Shown: positions 30,179 to 40,208 of the stretch, piece by piece
Numbering within the stretch: position 1 is the stretch's first letter
Layout: each line of letters starts with the position of its first letter
Assembly: GCA_963813535.1 (NCBI GenBank)
Contig: CAWEZH010000002.1
Coordinates: forward strand, 1,472,001 to 1,536,000
Reading direction: 5' to 3'
From: an uncultured Chloroflexia bacterium
GTDB lineage: Bacteria; Chloroflexota; Limnocylindria; Limnocylindrales; CSP1-4
Length of the DNA stretch: 64,000 nt
Notes under the pieces: model-generated
What the model saw: the letters and a program-made list of their open reading frames with translations, nothing else
The model's database searches: none
Told to the model about the DNA's origin: nothing
Position numbers and translations under genes: made by a program

Positions 30179-31141
30179 GTGCTCGACGTCCTGTTCGCCA
30201 CCGCCACGTCACCAGCCGGACTCGGGGTACTGGTCACTGGCCTTGCGCTTGGCATCCGCCACGGGATCGACTGGGATCACATCGCGGCGATCACCGATAT
30301 CACCAGCACGACCGCCGCTGCGGGCGTCGCGGAGGCTGCCCACGAGGAGCAGCATCGGTCGGTCAGCGGCGACCACCACGGGCACGGCGGCGCACTCGAG
30401 ATGCACGCCCATGACGCGGGTCCCGGTGCTGCCACGCTCGCCCCGGCCACTCGCGGCGGTCAGAGCTCGATCAAGAAATTCGGCCGCGACCAGGCCGAGG
30501 CGATCCAGCTCGGGACGCTGTATGCCCTCGGTCACGGCGTCGTGGTGATCGCGCTCGGGATCGCCGCGCTGGCATTCGGCGCGCTCCTGCCCGACTGGCT
30601 CGACCCGATCATGGGCAGGATCGTGGGCGTGACGCTGGTCGGGCTCGGTCTGTGGGTGCTCTACTCGGTCTATCGCTACGCCCGCGGCGGCGAGACGTTC
30701 CGGCTTCGCAGCCGCTGGATGCTCGTCTTCGACGGTGTCCGCTACGCATGGCGGCGGTTCGGGGCCCGACTCCACGGGCACGAGCACGTCGAGCCCCTCG
30801 AGATGAGCTCGTACGGCCCGAAGACCTCCTTCGGCGTCGGCATGATCCACGGCATCGGCGCGGAGACCGGGACCCAGGTGCTGCTCATCGCGGCCGTCGG
30901 CGGGGCGGCGAGTGCCGGGCTGGGCATCCCGATGCTCTTCGCGTTCGTGATCGGTCTGCTCATCTCGAACCTCGCGATCGTCCTCCTGACGTCGGTCGGG
31001 TTCGTCGCCAGCCAGACGCGCGAGCGGATCTACGTTGCGGTCGGCCTCGTCGCCGGGCTGTTCAGCCTCGTCCTCGGGACGATCTACGTCCTGTCGCTGG
31101 ATGCGATCGTCCCCGAGATGGACTCGCTGCTGCCGTTCTAG
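30179..31141 (+). CDS. HoxN/NixA (NiCoT)/UreH-like metal transporter
   Basis: LGIRHGIDWDHIAAI (variant of RHAxDADH), His-rich loop, ALGH, GMIHGIGAET motifs. Confidence 0.82.
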   Translation: MLDVLFATATSPAGLGVLVTGLALGIRHGIDWDHIAAITDITSTTAAAGVAEAAHEEQHRSVSGDHHGHGGALEMHAHDAGPGAATLAPATRGGQSSIKKFGRDQAEAIQLGTLYALGHGVVVIALGIAALAFGALLPDWLDPIMGRIVGVTLVGLGLWVLYSVYRYARGGETFRLRSRWMLVFDGVRYAWRRFGARLHGHEHVEPLEMSSYGPKTSFGVGMIHGIGAETGTQVLLIAAVGGAASAGLGIPMLFAFVIGLLISNLAIVLLTSVGFVASQTRERIYVAVGLVAGLFSLVLGTIYVLSLDAIVPEMDSLLPF

Positions 31142-31181
31142 CCGGGGGCTCGGCCGGCGGGCGTGGCGGCCGTCGCCGAGG

Positions 31182-31907
31182 TCAGTCCGCGGTGCGAAGC
31201 TGGAAGCGCCGGAGCGCGAGCGCGGCGATCGCGAACCCGCCGATCGTCACTACCGAGAGGATCGCGACGGAGACGCCGAGGGCGAGCGGTGCCGCCTCTC
31301 CGACGCCGCCCGTGAGCGCTGACGCCACGCCCAGCGTGGCCTGACGCACCGAGAGGAAGCGCGTGCCCTCCAGGAGCCCGGCCAGGACACCCTCCCAGAT
31401 GAGCGTGTAGCCCAGGCCGATCACGAGGGCCCGCCCCGTGATCACGCCGAGGGCCGTGAAGCCGATCGCATACGCGGCGCCACCGAGGAGACCGGCGACC
31501 GCGAACCCGACGGTCGTCTGGATCGAGTCCGGACCGAGGCCACCGAGCAGCAGTCCCGTGACGATGATCGGCGGGACGATGAGGATCGATGTCAGGAACG
31601 CGGCCACCAGCACCTTGGCCAGGGCGATCTGCCAGCGCGGCACCGGCTTGGCCAGCTGGAATACGAGCGTGCCGTCCTCGATCTCGGAACCGATGGCACC
31701 GGTCCCTACGACCAGCGCGACCAGCGGACAGACGGTCCGGATGACGAGCGCGTCGAGGATCTCCGGGGCGTCGGGCCGTCCGCCGCCGACACGCACGAGG
31801 ATGCCGAGCAGCACGGGCAGGACCGCGAGCAGGGCGATCGTGATCGTCCGTCGCCGACCGACCAGGGCCCGCAGCGTGACGATGACGATGGCGCGCAACG
31901 CCCTCAT
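31182..31907 (-). CDS. ABC-2 type permease
   Basis: EIEDGTL...KPVPRW...AK, GL.Y.LIWEG motifs. Confidence 0.88.
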   Translation of the reverse strand: MRALRAIVIVTLRALVGRRRTITIALLAVLPVLLGILVRVGGGRPDAPEILDALVIRTVCPLVALVVGTGAIGSEIEDGTLVFQLAKPVPRWQIALAKVLVAAFLTSILIVPPIIVTGLLLGGLGPDSIQTTVGFAVAGLLGGAAYAIGFTALGVITGRALVIGLGYTLIWEGVLAGLLEGTRFLSVRQATLGVASALTGGVGEAAPLALGVSVAILSVVTIGGFAIAALALRRFQLRTAD

Positions 31908-32834
31908 CGACGGACCAGGTAGCTGAAGACGCTCTCGAGCGTGTCGTCGGTGGGTGTCAGCTCGAAGAGCCTGATGCCGGCCCCCCGCGCGACCGGCGCG
32001 ACGATCCGGGCGAACGTGCCGAGGTCGGTCGCCTGGACGGCGAGACGGCCATCGAGCAGGTCGACGCCGAAGACCGCCGGGTCGGTGAGCAACGCGGCAC
32101 CCAGGGCCCGATCGTCCGAGGAGCGGATCGTGAACCGATGCGGTCGGTCGGTCATCAGTCGCCGGATCGACCGGAAGTCGCCCGACGCCGCGAGGCGGCC
32201 GGCATAGACCACGAGCACGGCCTCGGCCAGCCGCTCGACCTCTTCGAGGATGTGGGACGAGAACAGGATCGCCCGACCCTCTGCGGCCATCTGCCGGAGC
32301 AAGCTCCATCATGTGCAGCCGCTGGCGCGGGTCCATGCCGTTGAACGGCTCGTCGAGGAGGAGGATCCTCGGCTCGTGCACGAGCGCGGCGGCCAGCTTG
32401 ATCCGCTGGCGCATCCCCTTGGAATAGGTCCGGATCGGCCGGTCTGCGGCGTCGGTCAGCTCGACCGTGCCGATCGCCCGTTCCGTGGCCGCGCCAGGGT
32501 CGGCGATCCGTTGCAGGTCGGCGTTGACCCGTACGAACTCGCGACCCGTCAGGTAGCCCGGGACCGCCTCGCGTTCCGGCACCAGTCCGACCATCGAGTA
32601 CACGGATGGATCGCCGAACGGCGGCCGGCCGCCGATGCGGACCGTCCCCGCCGACGGCGCCAGCAGACCGGCGAGGAGGTGGAGGAGCGTGCTCTTGCCC
32701 GCGCCGTTGGGGCCCAGCAGACCGGTCACGCCGGCGCCCAGCGCGAACGACACGTCGTTGACCGCGACGACGTTGCCGAACCAGCGCGAGACGTGCTCGA
32801 CCTGCATGGCCGGCACGGTCGGTGCGGCGGTCAC
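31904..32834 (-). CDS. ABC ATP-binding protein; apparent +1 frameshift near 32302
   Basis: GPNGAGKST, YSKGMRQR, LLLDEP in one frame; SSHILEEVE...LESVFSYLV in another. One extra T in GAG CTT GCT. Confidence 0.88.
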
Positions 32835-33787
32835 ACCGTCACCGTCAGATACCGCCGCACGATCAGGGCCAGCGAGACCACGATGTACACGATGGACGTG
32901 ACCACGTAGACCCAGCCAGGCAGCCCGGCCTGGATGACGATCTCACTGCCGACCGCGACGACACCGAAGATCGCCGCGTTGAGCCCCTCGACGACGTCGC
33001 CCGGGCTGGCGAGGTGAAGGACTCGGGCCAGGTCGCCGACCGCAAGGTTGTCGATCACCGCCACGATGATCGGCGGCAGGATGAACGCGCCGATGATGGT
33101 CGCCGTGGCATACGCCCGGCGGGGGGTCGATGCCGCGATGACCGCCGCCACGCCGGCGAAGACGCCCGAGGCGAGGATCGATACCGCGAGGTAGCGCGGG
33201 ATCTCGGGCAGGTCGTCACGCAGCCCGGTGACCGGGTCGGCGGCCGCCAACACGCCACCGACCGACAGGACGAGCTGCGGCACGAGCGAGAAGATCAGGA
33301 CGGCCAGGAAGATCCCACCCGTCCGTGCGAGCGCGTAATCGATCCGGGTGAGGACCCTGGAGAAGTAGAGCGGCAGCACGCCATACCGCTGGTCGCGCCC
33401 GAGCAGCTCTGGCGCCTGGGCGGCACAGAACAGCATCACGAGCGTCGAGGTGAGGCTCTGGTACGTGTCGTGCCGGATCGGCATCCCCTCGTCGAGGGCA
33501 CCGGCCGCCCCGGCCTGGTTCGCCAGGGCCGTGATGCCGACGGCAAGCACGGCCGGCAGCGTGTTGAGGCCAAGCAGCAGGAAGGGGGCGATCTTGGCCC
33601 GGGCGCCACGGCCGATGCCGTACGCCCCCTGGAGCGTCTGGCGAAGCAGTCCGAGAAGGACGATAGGGCGCCCGTTGCGCGGCCCGTCGTAGCCGCGGTA
33701 GCCGAGGTCGTAGATGCTTCCCGTCGGGGCGCCAGGCGCCGTGCTCACCGGCGCGGCCTGTGCACCCGGCCCGGTCGGTGCCGTCAC
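32831..33787 (-). CDS. ABC-2 type permease
   Basis: IYDLGYRGYDG, RDQRYGVLPLYFSR motifs; about six TM. Confidence 0.88.
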   Translation of the reverse strand: MTAPTGPGAQAAPVSTAPGAPTGSIYDLGYRGYDGPRNGRPIVLLGLLRQTLQGAYGIGRGARAKIAPFLLLGLNTLPAVLAVGITALANQAGAAGALDEGMPIRHDTYQSLTSTLVMLFCAAQAPELLGRDQRYGVLPLYFSRVLTRIDYALARTGGIFLAVLIFSLVPQLVLSVGGVLAAADPVTGLRDDLPEIPRYLAVSILASGVFAGVAAVIAASTPRRAYATATIIGAFILPPIIVAVIDNLAVGDLARVLHLASPGDVVEGLNAAIFGVVAVGSEIVIQAGLPGWVYVVTSIVYIVVSLALIVRRYLTVTV

Positions 33788-34677
33788 TGGAAGAGCTCTT
33801 CGAGCCCGCGCCGGCGCTGCTCGATCCGGACCAGCGGCAGGCCGAGATCGGCGACCGTGTCGCGCACGAGGTCCCACGGGCGATCGTCGACGAGCTCGAT
33901 GAGGACCGTCCGGCCATCGGCTCGCGCGTCCAGGCCCGCCGCGACAAGCGCAGCGGCGAGCTCCGAAGCCCCTTCCTCGACGTCGACCGCGAGCGTCCCG
34001 GTCCGCTCGGTGAACGTCGTGAGCGCGGCGGCCCGGATGAGCCGGCCGGCATCGATCGCGACGAGGTGGTCGCAGACCCGCTCGATCTCGCCGAGGAGGT
34101 GGCTCGCGACGACGACCGCGATCCCGAACTCGGTACCTGTCCGCTTGACGAGTGCCAGCATCTCGTCGCGACCTGCCGGGTCGAGGCCGTTGGTCGGCTC
34201 GTCGAGGAGCAGGAGCCTCGGATCGTGGACGAGCGCCTGGGCGAGCTTGACCCGCTGCTTCATGCCGGTCGAATAGCCACCCATCTGCCGGTAGCGTTCC
34301 TCATACAGCCCGACGTGGCGGAGGACCTCCGCGGCCCGTTCACGGGCGGCGGCGCGGGGCAGACCGGACCAGCGCCCCATCTGCCCGACGAAATCAGCCG
34401 CGGTCAACTCCGGCGGGAGACAGTCGGATTCCGGCATATAGCCGACGAACCGGCGGAGCGTGGTCCCGTCGTGCCGGACGTCGTAGCCGAGGACCGTGGC
34501 GCTGCCGGATGTCGGCGGGAGCAGTCCGAGCAGGATGCGGATCAGCGTGCTCTTGCCCGCACCGTTCGCCCCGACGAGCCCGATGATCCCGGGTTCCAGC
34601 GCGACGGTGAGGTCGTCGAGGGCCGTGACGCCCCCCGGGTAGCGCTTGGTCAGGGACTGCGTTTCGATGAGCGGCAT
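33784..34677 (-). CDS. ABC ATP-binding protein
   Basis: GANGAGKST, YSTGMKQR, LLLDEPTNGLDP, SHLL motifs. Confidence 0.94.
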   Translation of the reverse strand: MPLIETQSLTKRYPGGVTALDDLTVALEPGIIGLVGANGAGKSTLIRILLGLLPPTSGSATVLGYDVRHDGTTLRRFVGYMPESDCLPPELTAADFVGQMGRWSGLPRAAARERAAEVLRHVGLYEERYRQMGGYSTGMKQRVKLAQALVHDPRLLLLDEPTNGLDPAGRDEMLALVKRTGTEFGIAVVVASHLLGEIERVCDHLVAIDAGRLIRAAALTTFTERTGTLAVDVEEGASELAAALVAAGLDARADGRTVLIELVDDRPWDLVRDTVADLGLPLVRIEQRRRGLEELFQ

Positions 34678-34751
34678 CGGTCGAGAAGCCTAGCCGACGT
34701 GGTCGCGCCGGGTCGTCGGGTCGCGCCGGATCCCTGCGCCCCCAGCGACGG

Positions 34752-36812
34752 TCAGGCCGCCACCACCTGGTTGCGCCCGCCTCGCTTCGCCATCTGGAGG
34801 CCGACGTCGGCGACCTCGAGGAGCGCCTCCAGGGTGGCCACCGCGGGTCCCAACGACGCGCAGCCGGCGGAGACCGTCGCGCGCAGGGACTCGCCGTCCG
34901 CACCGGTGAGCCGCGTCGACTCCAGCTCGCGCCGGATCTCGTCGGCCACGCGGTGCGCCTCCTCAGCCGTCGCGCCGTCCAGGATCGCCACGAACTCCTC
35001 GCCGCCGAACCGGGCGACGATATCGCTCGAGCGAAGTCGACCCGACAGGATCGACCCGAAGCTGCGCAGCACGGCGTCGCCGACGGTGTGGCCGTGCTGC
35101 TTGTTGAACTCGCCGAACTTGTCGAGATCGAACAGGATGATCGCGATCGGACGGCGCTCGTCCAGCGCCAGGCGTCCGCGCGAAGCGAAGAGCCGAGCCG
35201 TCGACACCTCCAGGTGGCGGCGATTCCACAGACCTGTGAGCGGGTCGCGGATCGCCGCATCGGCGACCCGTGCGTGGAGGTCGACGTTGGCCAGCGCGAG
35301 CGTTACCTGCGAGCCGATCAGCGGCATCGCTTCGAGCTCGAGCGCCGAGAACGCCTGGGTGAGGTCGTGCCGGCTGAGTGAGATCGCCCCGACGACTTCG
35401 TCCTCGTCGAGCAGCGGGATCGAGGCCGTGACCAGGACGTCGGAGACCCGGGCGCCCTGCACCGTGGAGGGGAAGGAGCTGCGCGGGAATGCCTCGGACG
35501 ACACGATCCGGCGCTCCCGCATCGCCTTGCCGGCCATCCCCTCCCCGACGGGGATGCGCGCCCCGACATAGCGCGTATCGCCACCTCGGATGGCGACGAT
35601 GCGATCGTCGCCGGTCGCAGGATCGCGCAGGATCAGCGTGACGATGTCGGCCTGGAGCGCCTCCGACACCGACGCGACGATCGCGGCGTGCGCCGTTTCG
35701 AGGTCGAGGCTGGCGGTCACCGACGAGCCGAACGCAGCGAGTCGCGCGAACAGCACGGCGCGCTCACGGAGGGCCTCGCGCTCGCGCGCGAGGGCGAGTG
35801 CTACGGAGATCCTGTCGCCGACGACGACCATCGTGTCGAGATCGGCCTCGTCGAGCGGGGCTGCGTCCTGGCCGCTCTCCACGTTGAGGATGCCGATGAC
35901 CGTGTCCCCGGCCCGAAGGGGGACACTGACTTCGCTGCGCACGTCCGGGCGAGCTGCGCGGTACTCGGGGTCTCGCTCGACGTCGACCACGAGCTCCGCC
36001 TCCCCGGTCCGCATGACGCGACCGACGACACCGACGCTGCCATCGAACGTCTCGATGACTTCCTCGTAGCCGCGTTGCGCGCCGAGTCGCATCAGGTCCC
36101 CGTCGCGCATGTAGATCGATGGGTAGCGATAGCCGAATCGCTCGACCAACAGCTCGACGACCTCGTCGAGTGCGGCAGACGTCGGTCCGTCGGCCGCGAG
36201 GACCCGACCGACCGCCTCGACCGCGGCCATCTGCCGTGCCCGTCGGCGGGACTGCGCGCTGGCGGCCCGCGAGTGCGCCACGGCCCGCTCGAGCATCGAC
36301 ACCGTGCGTCGTGTGCCGACGGCGAGGACGACGGCGGTGGCGCCGAGCGCGATACCGCGTTGGACCAGCCCTGTCTGGACCGCGGGAGTCGCGAACGCCG
36401 GTATGAAGTACACGGCGAGCGCTGCCGAGACGATCGCTGCACCGACTGCGATGGCCTGACGGGTGCCGAGCGCCGCCGCCATCGCCACGATCGGGAGGAC
36501 AAGCGACGCCAGCGGCAGCGTCGTCGGCTCACCCGTCCCGACACTCATCCACAACACCGCGACCAGGGCGAACAGGAGCCTCGCGGTGTCCTCCGCTTCG
36601 GACCGACGCCGTTTCGCGCGGAGGCCCAGGGCGCACTGCGTCCCGAGATAGACGAGCGACGGCACGACGACGAGCAGGGTGTCGCCGCGCGACGCCCACT
36701 CGATGACGAGCGCAGCGAGGACCACGGCGAGTGCGAGCAGGACGTGCGGATCGGCCGCGAGCCGCTTCAGGCTGCGACGCCAGGACGCGCGCGCCCGGTG
36801 CGATCGGATCAC
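34752..36812 (-). CDS. Membrane diguanylate cyclase with two GAF domains
   Basis: N-terminal TMs, two GAF-like regions, DPLTGLWNRR, DLDKF, RSSD I-site, RFGGEEF. Confidence 0.93.
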   Translation of the reverse strand: MIRSHRARASWRRSLKRLAADPHVLLALAVVLAALVIEWASRGDTLLVVVPSLVYLGTQCALGLRAKRRRSEAEDTARLLFALVAVLWMSVGTGEPTTLPLASLVLPIVAMAAALGTRQAIAVGAAIVSAALAVYFIPAFATPAVQTGLVQRGIALGATAVVLAVGTRRTVSMLERAVAHSRAASAQSRRRARQMAAVEAVGRVLAADGPTSAALDEVVELLVERFGYRYPSIYMRDGDLMRLGAQRGYEEVIETFDGSVGVVGRVMRTGEAELVVDVERDPEYRAARPDVRSEVSVPLRAGDTVIGILNVESGQDAAPLDEADLDTMVVVGDRISVALALAREREALRERAVLFARLAAFGSSVTASLDLETAHAAIVASVSEALQADIVTLILRDPATGDDRIVAIRGGDTRYVGARIPVGEGMAGKAMRERRIVSSEAFPRSSFPSTVQGARVSDVLVTASIPLLDEDEVVGAISLSRHDLTQAFSALELEAMPLIGSQVTLALANVDLHARVADAAIRDPLTGLWNRRHLEVSTARLFASRGRLALDERRPIAIILFDLDKFGEFNKQHGHTVGDAVLRSFGSILSGRLRSSDIVARFGGEEFVAILDGATAEEAHRVADEIRRELESTRLTGADGESLRATVSAGCASLGPAVATLEALLEVADVGLQMAKRGGRNQVVAA

Positions 36813-36899
36813 GACCCGACTGTGCTCCCCGAGGGGCCTAGCGTCGATAGGACCTTGGGGTGTGATGCCGATGCACCGACGGTCAGCCGTGCCGGAGGA

Positions 36900-38669
36900 T
36901 CAGCGCCAGGTGATCGTGCCGGCGGCGGCGTCGGCCGTGTCGAGGATGTCCCGTAGTTCGTAGCCCTCGTTCGGTTCGATCGCGATCACGATCAAGGCGT
37001 CGTCGGGCAGGTCGATCACGAGCACCCGGGTCGTCCGGTCAGGTTCCAGCTGGTACGTGCTGCCCTCGGTGGAGAACAGCGGGACCCGCTCGGGCCCGAT
37101 CGGCGCGAAGTCGCTCGACAGCCCCCGCCGCTTGTCGATCCTGACGTTCCGGGTATCGGTTGCGCCGACGCCGTCGGTCGCGATGAATGACTCCATCACG
37201 TCGCGCGGTCTCGAGCCGGGTTCGTCCGACTCGCCACCCGGATAGACCTCACGGAGCCCGCCGGCGAAGGTGACCGTGCCCTCGGGCCGGGTCAGCACCA
37301 CGATGTCCTCGCGGTGCGACGCGTTCGACCATCCCTCGCCGAGCTCGATCGCGAACCCCGGCTGGAACCGCGACGGCGCGTAGTTCCCGGCGCCGAGCCC
37401 GCACGGGATGTCGAAGAAGATCTCGCACAGGTCCGCGACTTCGCCGTCCGGTAGCGGCGTCAGTTCCGGCGTGGGATCCGGTGTGGGCTCTGGCGTCGGC
37501 GTGGGTTCGGGAGTCGGGGTCGGTGTCGGATCGGGCGTGGCCTCGATCGTCGGATCGGGGGTCGCGATGACGGCCTGGCTCGAGATCGGCGATGTCTCGG
37601 GCGAGAGGATCCCCGGGAGGGCGGCGACGGCCATGGCACCTGCGGCGATGCCCAGGAGGGCCAGCAGCGCCACGACGATGGCGGACGGGCCGGCGGCACC
37701 CCCACGGGGCTTGTCAGGGGGACGCGTGGCCGTCTTCCGTGGCCTGGCGCGAGCCGGCCGCGCCGCCTGCGTCGACCCGACGCTGCCTTCTCCTGACACC
37801 ACGGGCGTCGCGACGATCGTCGTCGGACTCGTGTCGTCGGCCGCCTGCAGAGCCGATTCGAGCGCGGACGCCATCGCGTTACCGTTCGCATATCGGTCCT
37901 CGGGCTCCGGGGCGAGGGCGCGTCGGACGACAGCGTCGACCTCGTCCGGGACCTCCGGGCGGATCGACTTCGGGGAGGGAGCGGCCGCGTCGATGCGCGC
38001 GAGCGCGATGGCATCGGTGGTGTCGCCACTGAAGGCGCGCGTTCCGGTCAGGGCCTCGAAGAGGACCAGCCCGAGGCCGTACACATCGGACGCGGGCGTC
38101 GTCGTCGCACCGCGGGCCTGCTCCGGACTGAAGTAGTGGACCGAGCCGAGGGTCGTGCCTGGCTTGGCCGCCTCGGCGTCGGCCGCGAGGCGCGCGATAC
38201 CGAAATCGGTGACCATCGCCCGTCCGTCCGAGGCGAGCAGGATGTTGCCGGGCTTCACGTCACGGTGGACGATCCCGCGGAGGTGCGCCACACCGAGCGC
38301 CCGGGCGACGTCGAGCCCGATGCGCACCGCCTGCACCGGAGCGAGCCGACCGCCGCGCTTGAGCCGCGCCGCGAGGTCCTCGCCGTCGACGAGGTCCATC
38401 ACGAGGTATGGCTGGTCCTGGTCAGTACCCGTGTCGAGGCAGGCCACGATGTTCGGGTGCCGCAGGACCGTCGCCGCGAGCGCCTCGCGCCGGAATCGGT
38501 CGGCGAGGTCGGCGTCACGGCCGACGTCGGGACGGAGCAGCTTCACGGCGACAGGACGTTCGAGTCGAAGGTCCATCGCCTCGTGGATCGTCGCCATGCC
38601 GCCCCGGCCGATGATCCGGCCGAGCTGGTAGCGGTCGCCGATGATCCGCGCTTTGCGTGGATCGGTCAC
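36900..38669 (-). CDS. Hanks-type transmembrane Ser/Thr kinase
   Basis: GRGGMA, VAVK, HRDVKPGN, DFG, SPEQ, SDVY; then TM, PT-repeat linker and extracellular domain. Confidence 0.95.
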   Translation of the reverse strand: MTDPRKARIIGDRYQLGRIIGRGGMATIHEAMDLRLERPVAVKLLRPDVGRDADLADRFRREALAATVLRHPNIVACLDTGTDQDQPYLVMDLVDGEDLAARLKRGGRLAPVQAVRIGLDVARALGVAHLRGIVHRDVKPGNILLASDGRAMVTDFGIARLAADAEAAKPGTTLGSVHYFSPEQARGATTTPASDVYGLGLVLFEALTGTRAFSGDTTDAIALARIDAAAPSPKSIRPEVPDEVDAVVRRALAPEPEDRYANGNAMASALESALQAADDTSPTTIVATPVVSGEGSVGSTQAARPARARPRKTATRPPDKPRGGAAGPSAIVVALLALLGIAAGAMAVAALPGILSPETSPISSQAVIATPDPTIEATPDPTPTPTPEPTPTPEPTPDPTPELTPLPDGEVADLCEIFFDIPCGLGAGNYAPSRFQPGFAIELGEGWSNASHREDIVVLTRPEGTVTFAGGLREVYPGGESDEPGSRPRDVMESFIATDGVGATDTRNVRIDKRRGLSSDFAPIGPERVPLFSTEGSTYQLEPDRTTRVLVIDLPDDALIVIAIEPNEGYELRDILDTADAAAGTITWR

Positions 38670-38703
38670 GGCCGGACGATAGCCGAGTCGGCATCAGTCG
38701 GCT

Positions 38704-39600
38704 TTGGGCTCGTATCCTCCCCGGACACATGCCGCGACCGGGGCGACCCTCCTGACCGCGATCATCGGCGGGTTCCTGGCGGCCGCCTGCTTCAGCGCGA
38801 CGATCCTCGCGTCGAGCCGCGCGTCGCGGATGATCGGCGCCTTGCCGACCCTCGCCGGGGTGATGCTGATCGGCTTGCTGCTGGCGCTGCCGATCGCGGC
38901 CCTGACGGTGGGTGAAACGCGCCCCACCGCCGCGATGATCCCGTACCTGGTCATCGCCGGCGTCGGGAACGTCGTCGGGCTGGGGTCGCAGTACGTGGCC
39001 GTGCGCTCGGGCAAGGTCGGACTCGTCGGGGCGCTCGCAGCCGCGGAGGGCGCCATCGCCGCCCTCCTCTCCGTCATCGCCGGCGAGCGACTTGGCCCTG
39101 CCGAAGCGGTCGGCGTGGCCGTGGTCGGGCTCGGCGTGATCCTCGCCTCGCTCGGACGCGATCCCGACGCCGCCGACGGACGATCCTCCGCTCGCGCGCT
39201 CATCTTCGGCGGGTTCGCCGGACTGGCGTTCGGCGCGAGTCTCTACGCGGCGGGCCGGATCGGCGCCGACCTCGCGCCGGGCTGGGCGATCCTGCCGCCG
39301 CGTCTGGTCGGCGTCGCCCTGATCACCCTCCCGCTCGCCGTCAGCGGGCGGTTCCGGATCAGCCGGGGTGCCCTGCCGTTCGTAGCCATCGCCGGCGCCG
39401 GCGAGGTCGGCGGCTTCCTGGCGGTGGCGTGGGGGGCACGCGAGAGCATCGCCGTCACGTCGGCACTCGCCGCGCAGTTCGCGACGGTCGCGGCGATCGT
39501 CGCGTGGCTCGTGCTCGGCGAACGACTCGGCCGCGTCCAATGGGTCGGCATCGCAGCGGTCGCGGTCGGCGTCGTGCTGCTGGCGTTGGGCGCGGCGTAG
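38704..39600 (+). CDS. EamA/DMT family transporter (start uncertain)
   Basis: Ten TMs with duplicated GERL motif. Confidence 0.88.
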   Translation: MGSYPPRTHAATGATLLTAIIGGFLAAACFSATILASSRASRMIGALPTLAGVMLIGLLLALPIAALTVGETRPTAAMIPYLVIAGVGNVVGLGSQYVAVRSGKVGLVGALAAAEGAIAALLSVIAGERLGPAEAVGVAVVGLGVILASLGRDPDAADGRSSARALIFGGFAGLAFGASLYAAGRIGADLAPGWAILPPRLVGVALITLPLAVSGRFRISRGALPFVAIAGAGEVGGFLAVAWGARESIAVTSALAAQFATVAAIVAWLVLGERLGRVQWVGIAAVAVGVVLLALGAA

Positions 39601-39626
39601 CGGCCCCCGCGGCCTAGACTCGACGC

Positions 39627-40168
39627 ATGACCGATTCCCCCGAGCCGGTCCCGCGCTCGACCGTCCTGCGCGCGCTTCGCCGGACCCGACAGGTCCGGCG
39701 CTTCACCGATGAGCCGGTCGCCGAGGACGACCTCCAGGCGACTCCTCGAGGTTGCACGCTGGACCGGCAGCTCCGAAAACAGCCAGCCATGGCAGTTCCT
39801 GGTGATCCGCGATCCGGGGGTGCGGCGGCGGATCGGCGAGCTGTCGAGCTACGCTCGGCACGTCGCCAGGGCGCCACTGGCGATCGCGATCGTGATGCCG
39901 GGCGAGGATGCCGAGAGCGAGGCGTACGACGAGGGTCGCGTCGCCGAACGGATCCTGATCGCCGCGGGGGCGATGGACCTCGGAGCCGGCATCGGCTGGG
40001 CCGAACGCCCTGAGCAGGCGGCCGTCGGCGAGCTGCTCGGCGTCACTGCCGCCGGCCTTCGTGCGGACGATCGTGTCGATCGGTCACCCGACCGAGGAGG
40101 CACGACGACCTCGGTCGGGCCCTGGAACCGGGCGTCGGCCGCTGGCAGAGCCCGTTCGGGAGCGTTGA
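39627..40168 (+). CDS. Nitroreductase family protein with two apparent +1 frameshifts (~39742, ~40048)
   Basis: RQVRRFTDEPV / ARWTGSSENSQPWQF / YDEGR / IVSIGHP segments fall in successive frames. Confidence 0.8.
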
Positions 40169-40208
40169 GGCGATCGATGGACGAGCCACGAGCATCGAGA
40201 GCGACAAC

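Noticed and set aside
31182-32834. ATPase-permease fusion (550-aa ORF)
   Set aside because: Produced by the +1 insertion near 32302; correcting it gives a normal ATPase and a separate permease starting at 31907.
37466-37560. Repetitive DNA in the kinase gene
   Set aside because: Ordinary Pro/Thr linker coding sequence (TPEP/TPDP).
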